Origin: Candidatus Poribacteria bacterium
GTDB taxonomy: Bacteria > Poribacteria > WGA-4E > GCA-2687025
Length of the DNA stretch: 64,000 nucleotides
Reading direction: 5' to 3'
Assembly (NCBI GenBank): GCA_016866785.1
Contig: VGLH01000001.1
Coordinates: 7,356-71,355 of the forward strand
The position numbers and the translations under genes were made by a program. Below are positions 61,147 through 64,000 of the stretch, piece by piece. Numbering within the stretch: the stretch's first letter is position 1; every line of letters starts with the position of its first letter. Under the pieces are notes generated by a model. The model was not told where the DNA came from. It did not search any database and saw nothing but the letters and a program-made list of their open reading frames with translations.

Positions 61147-62166
61147 TCAGGTTCCTACGTGCCTCCATAGCTCGGAGATCGCCCGTTCCACCCACGCCGT
61201 GGGGATGGTCTCGACCAGGCTCATGCCTGGGCGCAGGGGAATGGAGTCAGGCTGGGACGAGTCCGCCCTCACGAGCCGGGCGGTCGGGGATTGAGGCATC
61301 CATCGCACATGGTCGGTGTGCCCAAAGATCGCTACCAGAGGCGTGCCCACGGCGGCGGCGATGTGCATCGGACCCGAGTCGTTGGCGACCATCATTCGGC
61401 AGCGCGACGCGACTGCCGCCATCTCGCGGAGCGACAGTCCGGCGAGAACCGTGGACGACAATGACAGACGCGACGCCAGTTCGCGGCTGCGTTTTTCGTC
61501 GCCCGGACCGGAGAACACCAAGACGTGAGGCGCGATTGCCCACGAGCCGGTCGCCGCGTTCAGGGCGTCCGCGTACCGTGACTCCGGGAACCGTTTGTCA
61601 TCCGAGCTGGCTCCGGGATGGACGCCGATGAACGGAGCGTCCGAACCGCGCAGGGCTCCCAGAGACTCATCGGCTGCAGCCCGTTCGCCTGACGAGAGCG
61701 GCATCTGCGGTTCCGCCGCCCGCGCAGACACGCCGACCAGTGCGAGCAGTCGCAAGTTGCGCTCGACTTCCCGGATCGATCCTGGTCGGTTCCCAAGGCG
61801 CTCGGAGTGCGTGAACGCCGGATGGAAGGGCTTGTCCGCATAGCCGACACGCATCGGCGCACCGGATGCCGCTGCGATGGCGTGGGTGTCCGTCGCCGTG
61901 CGGAGCGCGAAGACGCAGGTGAACCGCATGCGACGCACTCGCGACATCCATCGCAGCCGCGCGAGCAGGGACCGGTCGCCTCCGCGCGCATCATAGATCA
62001 GCACTTCGTCCACGTCGGGGTTGTGTTCCAGGATGGGCGCGTTCAACGGACTCGCCAGGACGGCGATGTGCGCTGAGCGGTGGGCTGCGCGGACGGCGGT
62101 GAACGCGGGCAGGGCACAGACCATGTCGCCGATGCCGTCGGGTCGGATGAACAGCACACGATCCAC
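61147..62166 (-). CDS. Glycosyltransferase family 9 (LPS heptosyltransferase-like)
   Basis: RPDGIGD, HPGAS...KRFP, NDSGPMHIAAAVGTP; start approximate. Confidence 0.88.
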   Translation of the reverse strand: MDRVLFIRPDGIGDMVCALPAFTAVRAAHRSAHIAVLASPLNAPILEHNPDVDEVLIYDARGGDRSLLARLRWMSRVRRMRFTCVFALRTATDTHAIAAASGAPMRVGYADKPFHPAFTHSERLGNRPGSIREVERNLRLLALVGVSARAAEPQMPLSSGERAAADESLGALRGSDAPFIGVHPGASSDDKRFPESRYADALNAATGSWAIAPHVLVFSGPGDEKRSRELASRLSLSSTVLAGLSLREMAAVASRCRMMVANDSGPMHIAAAVGTPLVAIFGHTDHVRWMPQSPTARLVRADSSQPDSIPLRPGMSLVETIPTAWVERAISELWRHVGT

Positions 62167-62174
62167 GGCGCACC

Positions 62175-63230
62175 TCAGACTGGCTGACTCGTGCCGAGAA
62201 TGCGCCCGACGGCTTCCGCGACCGCCTGCGGGCTGTGGGCGTCCATGCACCCGTAACGGTTGCGTGTCAGCGGGCAATCGCGCTCGTAGCACGGAGCGCA
62301 CGGGAGCCGAGCGTAGAAGACCTCGTGGCATTCGCCGTCAGGACCATGGCGACTCGGGCTAGTGGACCCGAACAACGCGACGACCGGCGTACCGACAGCC
62401 GCCGCGATGTGCATGGGACCCGAATCCGCCGTCACGCAGCAGTCGGATGCCTCGAGGAGGGCTCCCAAGACGAAAATGTCCCCGGCTTCGACGGCGTCGA
62501 TGAACGGCACGTCTGCCATCGACTGGGCGAACGCATCGCGGGCGGCTCGCTCCGACTGCCCTCCGGTCACGACGACATCGTTGCCTTGTCGGGCGACGTG
62601 CCGCGCAACGTCTGCGAAGCGCTCGACGGGCCACGCCTTCGACCGCCACGTTGTGCCGAGGTTCATCGCGATGAGCGGCTTATGAGGACTGCCGCGACGG
62701 GCGTTCAGGAACGCAGCAGCCTCGAGTCGGTGCTCCGCCGTGTGCCAGAAGAACGTCTGGCGCTCTTCGTCGAGAACCGGGGGCACGCCAGCCAATCCGA
62801 CGATGCGCAGATATCGATCGCGCTCGTGACAGCCCGCATCGGGCACAGTCGCCGTGAGAATCGGCTTCCAGCCGACGCGGGCGCCGCCAACGCGAACCGG
62901 GATACCGCTCGCCCACGCCAGCGCCGCCGACCGGACGCTCGTCGGATGAGCCACGACCGCGATGTCCCACCTGCCGGCTGACAACTGCTCGCGCCAGCGC
63001 CACGTGCTGCGCCAACCCGACTCCGCGCCATCCTTGTCCCACGCGAGCACCTCATCGAGGTATGGGTGGGACGCCATCATGTCGGCAACGTGAGATCGCA
63101 CGTGAAGGCATACGTGGCTGCCCGGGAAGCGCTTTTTCAAGGCGCGCAACGCGGGACCCATCAGCACCATGTCGCCGATCCAGCCGCCCGTCTGCGTGAC
63201 GTAGATGCGCGGGCTGCGTCCCGGCGTCAC
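62175..63230 (-). CDS. Glycosyltransferase family 9 (heptosyltransferase II-like)
   Basis: WIGDMVL, SKAWP, DSGPMHIAAAVGTP, C-terminal CAPC...C...C. Confidence 0.88.
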   Translation of the reverse strand: MTPGRSPRIYVTQTGGWIGDMVLMGPALRALKKRFPGSHVCLHVRSHVADMMASHPYLDEVLAWDKDGAESGWRSTWRWREQLSAGRWDIAVVAHPTSVRSAALAWASGIPVRVGGARVGWKPILTATVPDAGCHERDRYLRIVGLAGVPPVLDEERQTFFWHTAEHRLEAAAFLNARRGSPHKPLIAMNLGTTWRSKAWPVERFADVARHVARQGNDVVVTGGQSERAARDAFAQSMADVPFIDAVEAGDIFVLGALLEASDCCVTADSGPMHIAAAVGTPVVALFGSTSPSRHGPDGECHEVFYARLPCAPCYERDCPLTRNRYGCMDAHSPQAVAEAVGRILGTSQPV

Positions 63231-64000
63231 AAGACGGCGGCTGACGGAACCGATGCCCGAACCGCCTGCCCAAAGCGCCGCATGCCCTCGTCGATCTCGT
63301 CGAGTGTCGGATACCCGAACGAGAACCGGACATATGGTATGTCCTGCTCCTGGACGTGGAACGTGCGTCCGCGAGTGCAGAGCACGCGCAGGCGCGCCAA
63401 TTCCGCCATCAGGCGGTCCATGTCGGTCGAATCGGGCACGCGCACCCAAGCGAACAAGCCGCCGAACGGCGGAATGCACGAAGCGAGGTCCGGCACGTAC
63501 CGGCGGATCCCCGCCACAAGCGCGTCACGTTTCGCGCGAACTGCCGAGTTGGTCGTCGCGATGTGGCCCCACAGATGGTCGCGCAGGTACTCGGCAAGGA
63601 CGATGCTGGCGAACGCGCTCGTTCCCCCGTCGAACCGCCCGGCGAGAACCGGCACCATGCGCGAAGGCGGCGCGATGAGGTATCCGAGCCGCATGCCGGG
63701 TCCCACGACCTTCGAGAACGTGCCGACGTGGACCACGCATCCCTGCGGCGCGATCCCGTACATGCTCGGGATCGGTTCACCCTCGAAGTGGATGTCGGCG
63801 TAGCAGTCATCCTCGAAGACGAGCACATCGTATTTCTCGGCGAGCTCGACGAGCTCTCGGCGGCGAGGCTTCGACAGGTTCGCGCCCGTCGGGTTCTGGT
63901 TCGTCGGAACCGTGTAGATGAGCGCCGGATGGACGCCGCGAGCCGTCAGGCCCGCCAGCGTCTTGCCGAGCTCGGACGTCACCATGCCGTCGCCGTCGAC
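63227..64000 (-). CDS. PLP-dependent aminotransferase (class I/II, LysN/MocR-like); 5' part outside the window
   Basis: YTVPTNQNPTG, EDDCY, GTFSKVVGPGMRLG. Confidence 0.88.
   Translation of the reverse strand, partial: VDGDGMVTSELGKTLAGLTARGVHPALIYTVPTNQNPTGANLSKPRRRELVELAEKYDVLVFEDDCYADIHFEGEPIPSMYGIAPQGCVVHVGTFSKVVGPGMRLGYLIAPPSRMVPVLAGRFDGGTSAFASIVLAEYLRDHLWGHIATTNSAVRAKRDALVAGIRRYVPDLASCIPPFGGLFAWVRVPDSTDMDRLMAELARLRVLCTRGRTFHVQEQDIPYVRFSFGYPTLDEIDEGMRRFGQAVRASVPSAAVL

Noticed and set aside
61316..62440. Near-identical sequences in the two GT9 genes
   Set aside because: Conserved DSGPMHIAAAVGTP motif of paralogous glycosyltransferases

Overview
GC-rich bacterial chromosomal segment with about 50 densely packed genes. 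I saw no rRNA, tRNA, CRISPR array, integrase or transposase. Housekeeping blocks are nnr-mtnP-kinase-recJ-relA/spoT-recG, groES-groEL, a stand-alone rpsR, lysS-lolC/E-lolD-ilvE, pabB-pabC, envC-ctpA and GT9 LPS transferases. These are interspersed with carbohydrate and catabolic genes (GH29, DUF2961/GH172, DUF1080, a beta-helix protein, Gfo/Idh/MocA, a UroD-like protein, PhyH). Secreted proteins ending in 'V-x-x-x-D-K-V-x-x-x-W-x-x-[IM]-K', together with the LamG/PhyH/UroD-like content, suggest Candidatus Poribacteria or a relative (inference). The most notable observations are: (1) a groESL promoter where a CIRCE element contains a consensus sigma-54 -24/-12 promoter, with a tandem 16-bp dyad repeat at enhancer distance; (2) a shared C-terminal motif on unrelated secreted proteins, a candidate sorting signal; (3) an apparent 8.8 kb operon joining Moco genes, a Tat molybdoenzyme, a TrxB-like protein, a LarA-family enzyme, Zn-dehydrogenases and a lipid kinase; (4) an orphan Cys-free rpsR with a structured leader; (5) a NifA-like GAF kinase/NtrC pair inside an envelope operon; (6) a NYN-Zn-ribbon-cold-shock fusion. 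All calls come from motif recognition by eye, without database searches.
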